From: SAR86 cluster bacterium
GTDB taxonomy: Bacteria; Pseudomonadota; Gammaproteobacteria; Magnimaribacterales; TMED112
NCBI GenBank assembly: GCA_003331605.1
Contig: QOPD01000001.1
Coordinates: 19,936 to 83,935 of the forward strand
DNA: 64,000 nucleotides
Direction of reading: 5' to 3'
Part shown: in pieces, positions 39,132-48,540 of the stretch
Layout: each line of letters starts with the position of its first letter
How positions within the stretch are numbered: the stretch's first letter is position 1
Position numbers and translations under genes: made by a program
The notes under the pieces: model-generated
Seen by the model: the letters and a program-made list of their open reading frames with translations, nothing else
The model's database searches: none
What the model was told of the DNA's origin: nothing

Positions 39132-40721
39132 GTGAAAAGAAGAAGCTTTTTAAAATTAATATCATTATCAACATTATTTATCGGTCTTAATCTTCTATCA
39201 GGTGTAAAAAGAAAGGTCAAATTTAATCATGGTGTTGCAAGTGGTGATCCTACAAACAGTAATGTTATTCTCTGGACAAGGTTAACTGTTAATAATAACG
39301 AAAAAATATTGACGACATATGAGGTCTCAGATACCAAGGGGTTTAAGAACATTATTGCATCTGGAAAGCGTTACACAGATAGAAATAAAGATTTTACTGT
39401 TAAGGTTGATGTTTTAATCCCAAGAAATTTTCGAGGGAAACAAATCTTTTATCGGTTCAAAGCAGAGGGTGTTAGCTCTAAAATAGGTGCAACAACCACA
39501 TTGCCACAAAATGCTTCACATTTTAAAGTTGCTATTTTTAGTTGCTCAAATTATCCTGCTGGTTTCTTCAACGCATATAATGCTGCATCAAAAGACAACT
39601 CAATTAATATGGGGATTCATGTAGGTGATTATCTATATGAATATAAACAGGGAGAATATGCTACTGAAAATGCAGTCCAACTTAACAGACAGCCAATTCC
39701 AAATAAAGAAATTACTTCATTGGATGATTACCGCTTACGTCATGCACAATATAAGTCAGATGAAGATTTACAAGCTTTACACTCTTCAATACCAATGGCT
39801 TGTGCATGGGATGATCATGAAATAGCCAATGACGCATGGAGGGAAGGCGCTGAAAATCATCAAATTAATGAAGGGTCTTTTGCTATCAGAAAAAGAAACG
39901 CTTTGAAAGCGTATTTTGAATGGATGCCTGTTAGAGAGCCTGAAAGTCAATCTAAAAATTGGAAAAGATACAAGGTGGGAAATCTAGTGGATATTAAATT
40001 GCTAGAAACGCGACTTTCATCAAGATCTAAGCAACTTGAAATAGATAACTACATAACTAAAGAGGGTGCTTTTTTAGAAGAAGATTTTTATAAAGCTCTA
40101 AGAAATAAAAAAAGAAAACTATTGGGTAATGAGCAATTAAATTTTGTTAAAGAAAATATTGGGTCGAATCAATCCTGGAATGTTTATGCACAGCAAGTAT
40201 TGCTGGCATCTTTAAAGCTTCCTGCCATTCCAAGTGCTATTATCGATATGTTGCCTGACTATCAACAATATTTTAAAACTGTGATAAAAGAGGAACTTCC
40301 ATATAATCTTGATGCTTGGGATGGCTATCCTGCTGAAAGGGAAAAGTTCTTAAAACTTGTTAATGCTGCTTCCAACAAGAGTCTTTTTATTGCTGGAGAT
40401 ACGCACAATTGTTGGGCTAATAATATTATGCTTGATGATAAATTTGTTGGAGCTGAGCTAGCAACTCCTTCTGTATCGTCTCCAGGAGCATCAGAAAATT
40501 TTAATGGCATGATCTCTTCAAAAGATTTAGAGAATGCAATGACACTCAAGAACAAAAATCTTAAATGGACCAATCTTGCTGATCGAGGTTATTTAACCAT
40601 TAACTTTAAACCTGAGATTGCCACAGCAGAGTTTATAGCAGTTGACACCATTTCTTCAAGAAATTACAAAACTAAAATTTTAAAGAGAATAGAAATTACT
40701 CCTGGACAAGAGCTTACTTAA
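39132..40721 (+). CDS. phoD: PhoD-family alkaline phosphatase/phosphodiesterase with Tat signal
   Basis: Twin-arginine motif KRRSFLK plus an h-region. GVASGDP and WDDHE metallophosphatase motifs typical of PhoD. GTG start. Confidence 0.8.
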   Translation: MKRRSFLKLISLSTLFIGLNLLSGVKRKVKFNHGVASGDPTNSNVILWTRLTVNNNEKILTTYEVSDTKGFKNIIASGKRYTDRNKDFTVKVDVLIPRNFRGKQIFYRFKAEGVSSKIGATTTLPQNASHFKVAIFSCSNYPAGFFNAYNAASKDNSINMGIHVGDYLYEYKQGEYATENAVQLNRQPIPNKEITSLDDYRLRHAQYKSDEDLQALHSSIPMACAWDDHEIANDAWREGAENHQINEGSFAIRKRNALKAYFEWMPVREPESQSKNWKRYKVGNLVDIKLLETRLSSRSKQLEIDNYITKEGAFLEEDFYKALRNKKRKLLGNEQLNFVKENIGSNQSWNVYAQQVLLASLKLPAIPSAIIDMLPDYQQYFKTVIKEELPYNLDAWDGYPAEREKFLKLVNAASNKSLFIAGDTHNCWANNIMLDDKFVGAELATPSVSSPGASENFNGMISSKDLENAMTLKNKNLKWTNLADRGYLTINFKPEIATAEFIAVDTISSRNYKTKILKRIEITPGQELT

Positions 40722-41250
40722 AATAAATTTCTCGATAAAACTTTAGCTCGCTGACAGATTCTTTAATATCATCCATTGCTCTGTGTGAAGATTGCTTTTT
40801 AAACTCCTCAGTATCGGGATACCATCTAGTTATAACTTCTTTAAATGAGCTGACATCGATATGCCTGTAGTGAAAATGATTTGCCAGTTTGGGCATATGC
40901 TTAATTAGGAATCGCCTGTCGTGCGAAATACTATTACCGCATAATGGCGATTGATGTTGTTTGATGTATTTTTTAAAAAAATTTAGAGCATCCTGTTCTG
41001 CCTGCTTTAGTGAAAATGTACTATTTGCAATTTTTTGTATTAAACCACTTGATGAATGTTGATTTTGGTTCCATTCATTCATTAGTGAAAGAATTTCATT
41101 AGGCTGTGAAATAGCAATTTCAGGGCCTTCCTCCACTATGTTTAAATCCGAATCTGTTATAAGGCATGCGATTTCAATAATATGGTGTTTTTCAGGATCA
41201 AGTCCTGTCATTTCCAGATCTAGCCATGCTAGTAAATTTGATCTTGCCAT
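40714..41250 (-). CDS. orn: Oligoribonuclease
   Basis: DEDDh exonuclease with LAWLDLEMTGLDPE and HRAMDDI motifs. Confidence 0.9.
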   Translation of the reverse strand: MARSNLLAWLDLEMTGLDPEKHHIIEIACLITDSDLNIVEEGPEIAISQPNEILSLMNEWNQNQHSSSGLIQKIANSTFSLKQAEQDALNFFKKYIKQHQSPLCGNSISHDRRFLIKHMPKLANHFHYRHIDVSSFKEVITRWYPDTEEFKKQSSHRAMDDIKESVSELKFYREIYFK

Positions 41251-41279
41251 TTATACTTACTAACTAACAATAATACTAT

Positions 41280-42029
41280 ATGAGCAGCGAAGATAATGAA
41301 AAAGTATTTTTTGGGAGCAAAGAAGTCTCAAAAAAAGATAAAAAACTTGGTGTAGACAATATTTTTACCAAAGTAAATGAAAACTATGATCTGATGAATG
41401 ATCTTATGTCTTTAGGAGCACATAGATTGTGGAAGAATCATTTTGTCTCAACATCAGATATAAATGAAAATTCAGTAATTCTTGATTTGGCTGGAGGGAC
41501 AGGAGATATTTCAAAAAAAGCCTCGAAAATTATATCCAAACAAAACGTTTATCTTTGTGATCAAAATGCATCTATGGTTGAAAATGCAAAAGAGAGATCT
41601 TTGAATGAAGGTTTTTATAATTCTATGCATTTCCATGTCGCTAGTGCTGAAGATCTACCATTTGATGATAATTTTTTTGATCAAGTATTTATTTCGTTTG
41701 GTTTTAGGAACTTTTCAGATAAGCCAAAAGCATTGAAGGAGATTAGACGAGTGGTTAAGTCAGGTGGTTTTTTAAACATTCTTGAATTCTCAAAAGTTCA
41801 AGACCAAATATTTTCTAAAATTTATGATTTTTATAGCTTTAATGTAATTCCTAAAATTGGAAAAATAATTTCAAATGATTCTGATAGTTATAAGTACTTG
41901 GTTGAATCAATACGAACTCATGAAGACCAGGAAGGTCTGAGAAAAATGATTTTAGATTGTGGTTTTGATAAGGCAGATTTTGAAAATTTATACAATGGCA
42001 TAGTTTCAATTCATAAAGCAAAAAAATGA
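41280..42029 (+). CDS. ubiE: Ubiquinone/menaquinone C-methyltransferase
   Basis: YDLMNDLMSLGAHRLWK and LDLAGGTGD motifs. Confidence 0.9.
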   Translation: MSSEDNEKVFFGSKEVSKKDKKLGVDNIFTKVNENYDLMNDLMSLGAHRLWKNHFVSTSDINENSVILDLAGGTGDISKKASKIISKQNVYLCDQNASMVENAKERSLNEGFYNSMHFHVASAEDLPFDDNFFDQVFISFGFRNFSDKPKALKEIRRVVKSGGFLNILEFSKVQDQIFSKIYDFYSFNVIPKIGKIISNDSDSYKYLVESIRTHEDQEGLRKMILDCGFDKADFENLYNGIVSIHKAKK

Positions 42030-43417
42030 GAATTTTTAGACTCTTATATATTTTTTTGAGTATCAGGAATACAGGAATTTTTAATAAGCTTACTGCTTCT
42101 TTTAATCCGCTATTAAATACTTTTATTAGAGTCGATGATGGTGAAAAAAAATTCCGGATTGCTCTAGAGCGTCTTGGCCCAGTGTTTATTAAATTAGGAC
42201 AACTTTTATCAACAAGGACTGACTTATTTGAGCGCTCAGTAACACAAGAACTAAATAAATTAACCGATTCTTGTGCTCCAGTTGATTTTAAGTTTATTAA
42301 AGAGACTATTGAAACACAATTACTTTCTAAAGCAGGAAAAATCTTAATGACGATTGAGGAGAAACCACTTGCATCAGCATCGTTAGCTCAAGTCCATAAG
42401 TTTAAGATTGGAAATGAAGATTTTGTAATAAAAGTGCAAAGACCAGGACTGGAAGAACAGGTAAAAAGGGATCTTGATGCTTTAAAGCTAGCAGCTAAGT
42501 GTTCTTCTTTTTTTCTTAAACACTATCCTAGGGTGAAGCCTTTAGAGCTCATTGAACAATATGAAAATGTTATTTTTCAGGAGCTTGATTTTAGAATTGA
42601 AGCTGCAAACTCTAATAAAACTTATGAGAATTTTAAATCCAGTAGCTACCTGGAAATACCCAAGATTTCTGACGATTTTACGACCAAAAAAATTCTTGTA
42701 ATGCCATTTATGGATGGCATCCCTGTGACAGATATTTCTTCATTGACAAGCTATAAAATTGATAAAAAACAACTATCCGAAGTGGGAGTAAAAATATTTC
42801 TTAAGCAGGTTTTTGAAGATAATTTTTTCCATGCTGATATGCATCCTGGCAATATTTTTGCTGCTAAAACTGATCCACAAAACCCACACTATATTGCAGT
42901 TGACTATGCAATCTGTGGCTCAGTAACTGAATCAAATCAAATCTTACTAGCACAAATGATATCTTCGCTTGTAGAGCAAGATTTTTATACCTTGGCTCAG
43001 TTATTTATATATGCAGAATGGGTAGATAAAAAAACTAAAACTGAAGAATTGGAAAAAGTTTTGCGAGCAAATTGTGAGCAACTACTTAATCAACCACTAT
43101 CAAAAATATTATTTGGGGAATTATTATTAGATTTATTCGATGCGATGCGTCCATTTAATCTGTTTATTGATGATGATCTGCTATTGCTAGTAAAAACTCT
43201 AATTCATATTGAAGGCATGGGACGACAAATTTACCCAGATCTAGATTTTTGGGGGATCGCATCTCCATTCTTACAAAGCTGGTTTAAAGATAGATATAGT
43301 GTCAAAGGTTTGGTTAAGTATCTTGTATCAAAAAAACATATACTTACATATATGATTGTTAAAAAAATAGAAGAGACACAAGATATGTACTCTGAATTCT
43401 ATGGGGAAAAATCATGA
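42026..43417 (+). CDS. ubiB: UbiB (ABC1/ADCK atypical kinase family)
   Basis: LERLGPVFIKLGQLLSTRTDLF and HADMHPGNIF motifs. Follows ubiE directly. At 463 aa it is shorter than E. coli UbiB at the C-terminus. Confidence 0.85.
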   Translation: MRIFRLLYIFLSIRNTGIFNKLTASFNPLLNTFIRVDDGEKKFRIALERLGPVFIKLGQLLSTRTDLFERSVTQELNKLTDSCAPVDFKFIKETIETQLLSKAGKILMTIEEKPLASASLAQVHKFKIGNEDFVIKVQRPGLEEQVKRDLDALKLAAKCSSFFLKHYPRVKPLELIEQYENVIFQELDFRIEAANSNKTYENFKSSSYLEIPKISDDFTTKKILVMPFMDGIPVTDISSLTSYKIDKKQLSEVGVKIFLKQVFEDNFFHADMHPGNIFAAKTDPQNPHYIAVDYAICGSVTESNQILLAQMISSLVEQDFYTLAQLFIYAEWVDKKTKTEELEKVLRANCEQLLNQPLSKILFGELLLDLFDAMRPFNLFIDDDLLLLVKTLIHIEGMGRQIYPDLDFWGIASPFLQSWFKDRYSVKGLVKYLVSKKHILTYMIVKKIEETQDMYSEFYGEKS

Positions 43418-43569
43418 GCATAGGTTTTTGGCAAATTGTTATTGTCTTACTTATTATCCTGCTTGTCTTTGGAGGCAAAAGGATTGCAAATTTGGGTTCT
43501 GATCTTGGGAAGGCATTAAAAGGTTTTAAGAAAGAGGTCAAAGAAGATGATACAGATAGGAATTCCTGA
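43414..43569 (+). CDS. tatA: Sec-independent translocase TatA
   Basis: 51-codon ORF not in the track: MSIGFWQIVIVLLIILLVFGGKRIANLGSDLGKALKGFKKEVKEDDTDRNS. It has a TM helix, an FGxK hinge and an amphipathic helix. ATGA overlap with the ubiB stop, GGGGA SD. Confidence 0.8.
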   Translation: MSIGFWQIVIVLLIILLVFGGKRIANLGSDLGKALKGFKKEVKEDDTDRNS

Positions 43570-43783
43570 AATCCTACTAATCTCAATTATTGCTATCCTT
43601 TTCATTAAGCCAAATAATCTTGTTAGCTTTATTCAGGATATCACCAAATTCTTCTTAAGGTTCAAAGCCAACGTTGAAAATATTAAAGAGGAGGCTGAAA
43701 AGACTTTAAATATTGAAGAGTTAAAACAAGATGTTTTCAATGAGCAGAAACTGAAATCATTTGATAATGACAAAAAAAATTAG
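43547..43783 (+). CDS. tatB: TatB-like translocase component
   Basis: MIQIGIPEILLISIIAILFIKPNNL has the conserved Glu8 and a TM helix, followed by an amphipathic region. Lies between tatA and tatC, overlapping tatA by 23 nt. Confidence 0.6.
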   Translation: MIQIGIPEILLISIIAILFIKPNNLVSFIQDITKFFLRFKANVENIKEEAEKTLNIEELKQDVFNEQKLKSFDNDKKN

Positions 43784-44480
43784 CAACTCTTTATTGCCAC
43801 ATTTTTCTGAGTTGAGAAAACGCATCCTACATACTTTAATTTTTTTTGCTGTTGTATTTGTTGTGCTCTATCCTTTTAGCGGACAAATATTCGATGCCTT
43901 TGTTTCTTATTCGAGAGCATCGGCAGGCTTAAATCTTATTGCTATTGAAGTTGCATCACCTTTTTTGGTGCCATTGCGTCTTGTTCTTTTTTTAACATTT
44001 CTGATATCTGCGCCCTATATAATTTTTCAAATGTTAAGTTTCATGGCTCCAGGACTCTACGAAAATGAGAAAAATTTTATTTTTTCTAGATCAATTATTG
44101 GAGCATTATTATTTTTGGGGGGTATATGTTTTTGTTATTTCATTGTTCTGCCAAATGTTTTTAATTTTTTTCAAAGCATAAGTCCATCGCTAGTAGAAAT
44201 ATCAACAGATATTACAAAATTTTTGGATTTTAGCTTATTGCTGTTTATGGCCTTTGGCTTGGCATCCCAAGTGCCGATAATTGTGAATGGCTTGATCCTG
44301 TTTAATGTTTTAAAAAAAGAGTCTCTATCTAAAAATCGAGGTTGGGTTTTAGTTTTATCTTTTACTTTTGGTATGCTGCTTTCTCCACCTGATGTAATTT
44401 CTCAAATCATGTTAGCAGTGCCTGTGTACCTGCTATTTGAACTTGGGCTTCTATGTAGTAATGAAAAGAAAGCGCAATAA
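43761..44480 (+). CDS. tatC: Sec-independent translocase TatC
   Basis: 239 aa with 6 TM segments. HFSELRKRIL N-terminus and a LSPPDVISQ motif. Confidence 0.9.
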   Translation: MIMTKKISNSLLPHFSELRKRILHTLIFFAVVFVVLYPFSGQIFDAFVSYSRASAGLNLIAIEVASPFLVPLRLVLFLTFLISAPYIIFQMLSFMAPGLYENEKNFIFSRSIIGALLFLGGICFCYFIVLPNVFNFFQSISPSLVEISTDITKFLDFSLLLFMAFGLASQVPIIVNGLILFNVLKKESLSKNRGWVLVLSFTFGMLLSPPDVISQIMLAVPVYLLFELGLLCSNEKKAQ

Positions 44481-44589
44481 TATACTCAAAAAGGATGTAA
44501 AGTCAGCAAAATACCGCCAACGCATTGAGAAGAGCAAAAAACAATACTCCAGAAAAAACAGTAAAAATTTTATTAGTCGTGACGATTAA
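44461..44589 (+). CDS. arfA: Possible alternative ribosome-rescue factor ArfA-like peptide
   Basis: Unlisted 42-codon ORF MKRKRNNILKKDVKSAKYRQRIEKSKKQYSRKNSKNFISRDD. YRQRIEKSKK..YSRK resembles E. coli ArfA FRQRVEKNKKGKGSYMRK (recalled). A 12-bp hairpin (44568-44594) spans the stop codon. There is no clear SD. Confidence 0.45.
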   Translation: MKRKRNNILKKDVKSAKYRQRIEKSKKQYSRKNSKNFISRDD

Positions 44590-44606
44590 TAAAAAGGTTG
44601 CTTTAT

Positions 44607-44635
44607 TTGTCACATAACTGTAACATATTTGTCAT
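44607..44635 (+). promoter_or_regulatory. Three 11-bp-phased Pho-box-like direct repeats
   Basis: TTGTCAC-ATAA-CTGTAAC-ATAT-TTGTCAT, with 7-mers starting at 44607, 44618 and 44629. The array ends 1 nt before ATG 44636. Confidence 0.4.
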
Positions 44636-45016
44636 ATGAAAGTAACATCAATTTTAGGTCTTATGATTTTATCAATGTCTATGACATCCTATGAAATCAT
44701 GGATATTACCAATAAACTCAATACAACAAATCTAGGTCTGAGGGTTATGGAGGATCCTGAAAAAGCTGAAAATAACTGTCCGAACTCCTCTAGTGGCTGT
44801 TTGATTAGGACTGCAGATGGGGAGATGACTATCTATCTAAAGAACTTTACTTCTTCTATGGATAAAGATATTTCATTATTTGGTTTAATGTTTGATGCTT
44901 ATCAGCTTAATGAATTCGGAAATATAGACGTCCTCAAAACATGTCGCATGAAGCTGGCTTATGCAAAAACTAATAAGTACAGAAGAGCATCAGGCATTTT
45001 AAGCCAAAAATGTTAG
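44636..45016 (+). CDS. Hypothetical protein, possible signal peptide, 4 Cys
   Basis: 126-aa ORF filling the gap between tatC/arfA and acs. The N-terminus MKVTSILGLMILSMSMTS is signal-like. I recognise no family. The true start may be ATG 44663. Confidence 0.5.
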   Translation: MKVTSILGLMILSMSMTSYEIMDITNKLNTTNLGLRVMEDPEKAENNCPNSSSGCLIRTADGEMTIYLKNFTSSMDKDISLFGLMFDAYQLNEFGNIDVLKTCRMKLAYAKTNKYRRASGILSQKC

Positions 45017-45027
45017 ACTAAACCCTG

Positions 45028-46941
45028 CTACGCTTTTCCTTTAATCAACTCATCCACAATAGTTGGATCTGCTAGAGTTGTTATGTCGCCTAACTCATCC
45101 GTATTGTTGTTTGCTATTTTGCGAAGGATACGACGCATTATTTTTCCGGATCTTGTTTTTGGAAGATCTCTAACAAATTGAATGTGCTCTGGTTTAGCAA
45201 TTTTTCCGATGGACAAGCTTACTTGTTCAATTATTTCTTCATAAGTATTTGCTTGGCCAGCTTCTATTTTTTTTAAGATAACAAACGCATAAATTGCTTG
45301 GCCCTTTATATCATGATCAATGCCTACGACTGCAGCCTCTGCAACATTTTTGTGTTCAACAATTGCACTTTCAACCTCTGCAGTGCCTATTCTATGTCCA
45401 GATACATTTAAGACGTCATCAACTCTGCCAGTAACCCAATAGTAACCATCCTTATCTCGTCTTGCACCATCACCAGTAAAATATCTCTCTTTATATGTAG
45501 AAAAATATGTCTCTATCATCCTATGGTGGTCTCCATATACCGTTCTGATTTGACTTGGCCAACTTTGATCAATGCATAGATTCCCTTTAGCTTCTCCCTC
45601 AAGTGTTTTTCCATCTGCATCAACTAAAGATGGAATAACGCCAAAAAATGGTAGAGTAGCAGACCCTGGCTTTGTTGGTGTGACACCGGCAATGGGGCTT
45701 ATAAGAACCGAACCAGTTTCAGTTTGCCACCAAGTATCAACAACTTCACATGAAGATTTGCCAACTTTTTCAAAATACCACTGCCAAACTTCTGGGTTGA
45801 TTGGTTCGCCCACAGTCCCAAGAATCTCAAGCGAATTTCTTGAACTTGATTCCAAGTATTTCTCTCCAGCTGCAATTAGTGCTCTTATAGCTGTTGGAGC
45901 TGTATAAAAAATGTTGACCTTGTGATCGTCGCAGACCTGCCAGAATCTTGAAGCATCCGGGTAACTTGGCACCCCCTCAAACATAAGTGTTGTAGCACCG
46001 TTGGAAAGGGGGCCATATAAAATATATGTATGTCCGGTTATCCAGCCGACATCTGCAGTGCACCAAAATATTTTGTTTTCTTGATAACCAAAAATATATT
46101 TAAATGTCAGGTGAGCTCCTAGAAGATAACCTCCAGTCGTATGCATAACACCCTTTGGTTTGCCGGTAGATCCTGAAGTATAAAGAATAAATGATGGATC
46201 CTCAGCCTTTAAATGGACACATTCACAAAATTTTTCCTGTTTGCTGACCAGGTCGTCATAACAAATATCTCTACTAGAATCCCAATTGGTTTCAGTGCCT
46301 GTGTATCTTTTTACTATTACTTTCTCTACTGAATTTGTCTCCTCTAAAGCAATATCAACATTCTTTTTCAAAGGCACTCTTTTGCCACCGCGAATTCCTT
46401 CATCTGCTGTGATAACATATCGGCAATCTGCATCATCAATTCGTGACCTTATTGCTTCAGGCGAAAAACCACCAAAGACAACAGAATGAACTGCACCTAA
46501 TCGCATACAAGCCAGCATTGAGTATGCTGCTTCTAAAATCATTGGCATGTAAATGCATACTCTATCGCCCTTTTTTACTCCTATAGCTTTTAATCCATTT
46601 GCCAAAATAGATACATTCTCTAATAATTCCTTGTAAGTAATGGCCTTAGTTTGTAAGCGCTCATCGCCTTGCCAAATTATTGCTTTTCTTTCTGGATTTT
46701 TTTTTGCATACCTATCAATGCAGTTATACGCAATATTTAATATACCGTCCTCAAACCATGAAGCATTTTTAAAGTTGTTATTAAACCCTAAAGTAGGCTC
46801 TACAAACCAATCTAGATTTTCTATTGCTTTATTTAAGAAAAAATTATCAGGAGAATTTATTGATTCAAGATATTGACGATTGTAACTATCTAAATCTTCA
46901 AGATGGGGATTATTAAACTTTGGTTTTTCAAAGTTTTTCAT
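45028..46941 (-). CDS. acs: Acetyl-CoA synthetase
   Basis: 637 aa with [18 protein letters not shown] and [11 protein letters not shown] motifs. Confidence 0.95.
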   Translation of the reverse strand: MKNFEKPKFNNPHLEDLDSYNRQYLESINSPDNFFLNKAIENLDWFVEPTLGFNNNFKNASWFEDGILNIAYNCIDRYAKKNPERKAIIWQGDERLQTKAITYKELLENVSILANGLKAIGVKKGDRVCIYMPMILEAAYSMLACMRLGAVHSVVFGGFSPEAIRSRIDDADCRYVITADEGIRGGKRVPLKKNVDIALEETNSVEKVIVKRYTGTETNWDSSRDICYDDLVSKQEKFCECVHLKAEDPSFILYTSGSTGKPKGVMHTTGGYLLGAHLTFKYIFGYQENKIFWCTADVGWITGHTYILYGPLSNGATTLMFEGVPSYPDASRFWQVCDDHKVNIFYTAPTAIRALIAAGEKYLESSSRNSLEILGTVGEPINPEVWQWYFEKVGKSSCEVVDTWWQTETGSVLISPIAGVTPTKPGSATLPFFGVIPSLVDADGKTLEGEAKGNLCIDQSWPSQIRTVYGDHHRMIETYFSTYKERYFTGDGARRDKDGYYWVTGRVDDVLNVSGHRIGTAEVESAIVEHKNVAEAAVVGIDHDIKGQAIYAFVILKKIEAGQANTYEEIIEQVSLSIGKIAKPEHIQFVRDLPKTRSGKIMRRILRKIANNNTDELGDITTLADPTIVDELIKGKA

Positions 46942-47470
46942 TTGATTCTATTTGTTCAATCATTTCTGTGATACTGGTAGAAACATAAAAATTAGGTGGA
47001 GCCATCGGTATGTATTCCATTTTTAATGCTTTCTCTATCCAATTAATTATTTCTGTCCAAAAATTATCTTTATTAAATAAATAAATGTTTTTTCCTAGTA
47101 TGTCTAAGCCATCTAGGTTAACAATATCAATAAGTTCATCTAATGTGCCTAGACCTCCTGGAAAAATTATAAAAATATCAGAGTTATCGATCATTAGCTG
47201 CTTTCTTACTGAAAATTTTTCTGCAACTTCTAAATGATCAATGTAGTCAGGAGTAAACCCTTGTTTATGGAAAAGTTGGAGTGTATAACCACTAACTTTT
47301 GCACCTTCATTGGAAAATTCATTTGAGATAAACCCCATGTTTCCTCTGTTGCCACCTCCATAAACTAGACCATATCCTTTATATGAAAAAAACTCAGCCA
47401 AAAGGCTGAGTTCTTTGCTGACATCTATCCCCACACTTTTTGAGGATAGAAAAAAACATACGTTTTTCAA
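46928..47470 (-). CDS. LOG-family (TIGR00730-type) nucleotide phosphoribohydrolase
   Basis: GGGNRGNMG and [10 protein letters not shown] motifs. Confidence 0.8.
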   Translation of the reverse strand: MKNVCFFLSSKSVGIDVSKELSLLAEFFSYKGYGLVYGGGNRGNMGFISNEFSNEGAKVSGYTLQLFHKQGFTPDYIDHLEVAEKFSVRKQLMIDNSDIFIIFPGGLGTLDELIDIVNLDGLDILGKNIYLFNKDNFWTEIINWIEKALKMEYIPMAPPNFYVSTSITEMIEQIESNEKL

Positions 47471-48531
47471 TTTATTACTGGATCCAATTCTCCGGTTTTA
47501 TATTTATCTGTCATATCAAACAGTGAGATAGATTTAATCTTAGATGCATTACCACTACATCCAAACGCTTCGTAACGATCAATGCAAATCTTCTTCATAG
47601 CGTCCACAGTCCTGCCTAAATATTTTCTAGGATCGAATTCACTTTTATTTTCAGCCATAAATTTCCTTATTGTGGCTGTCGACGCAAGCCTAAGATCAGT
47701 ATCAATGTTTACTTTTCTGACACCATTTTTGATGCCTTCCTGTATTTCCTCCACTGGCACACCATAGGTTTCAGGAATTTCTCCGCCATATTGATTAATT
47801 ATTTCTAGCTGATCTTGTGGAACACTTGAAGATCCATGCATAACTAGATGAGTGTTTGGAATTCTTTCATGTAATTCTTTAACTCTTTTCATTGAGAGAA
47901 TATCTCCTGTTGGTGGTCTAGTAAATTTATAAGCGCCATGTGAAGTGCCGATAGCAATAGCTAGTGCATCAACTTTGGTATCTTTAACGAAAGAGGCTGC
48001 TTCATCTGGGTCAGTCAATAACATGTCTTCACTTAAGACCCCTTCAGCACCGCTGCCATCTTCCTCACCTGCCATACCAGTTTCAAGGGAACCTAAACAT
48101 CCAAGTTCACCCTCTACTGAAACCCCACAAGCGTGGGCAAATTCTACAGTTTTCCTTGTTACATCAACATTGTATTCATAAGAAGACGGAGTTTTCATAT
48201 CCTCCATTAAAGATCCGTCCATCATCACTGATGAAAATCCTAATTGAATAGAACGCTGACACACATCAGGCGAGGCACCATGATCTTGGTGCATTACTAC
48301 TGGTATATGTGGAAATTCTTCCATTGCAGCTAAAATGAGATGTCTTAAAAATGTTGGCCCCGCATATTTCCTCGCTCCAGCAGAAGCTTGCACTATAACT
48401 GGACTATTGGTCTCATTTGCAGCTTCCATGATGGCTCTCATTTGCTCTAAATTATTTACATTAAATGCTGGAACGCCGTAGTCATTCTCAGCCGCGTGGT
48501 CGAGTAATTGTCTTAATGATATAAGGGACAT
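47467..48531 (-). CDS. fba: Class II fructose-1,6-bisphosphate aldolase (354-aa CbbA/Calvin-type length)
   Basis: [17 protein letters not shown] and HGSSSVP motifs. Confidence 0.92.
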   Translation of the reverse strand: MSLISLRQLLDHAAENDYGVPAFNVNNLEQMRAIMEAANETNSPVIVQASAGARKYAGPTFLRHLILAAMEEFPHIPVVMHQDHGASPDVCQRSIQLGFSSVMMDGSLMEDMKTPSSYEYNVDVTRKTVEFAHACGVSVEGELGCLGSLETGMAGEEDGSGAEGVLSEDMLLTDPDEAASFVKDTKVDALAIAIGTSHGAYKFTRPPTGDILSMKRVKELHERIPNTHLVMHGSSSVPQDQLEIINQYGGEIPETYGVPVEEIQEGIKNGVRKVNIDTDLRLASTATIRKFMAENKSEFDPRKYLGRTVDAMKKICIDRYEAFGCSGNASKIKSISLFDMTDKYKTGELDPVIN

Positions 48532-48540
48532 GGGCCTATT

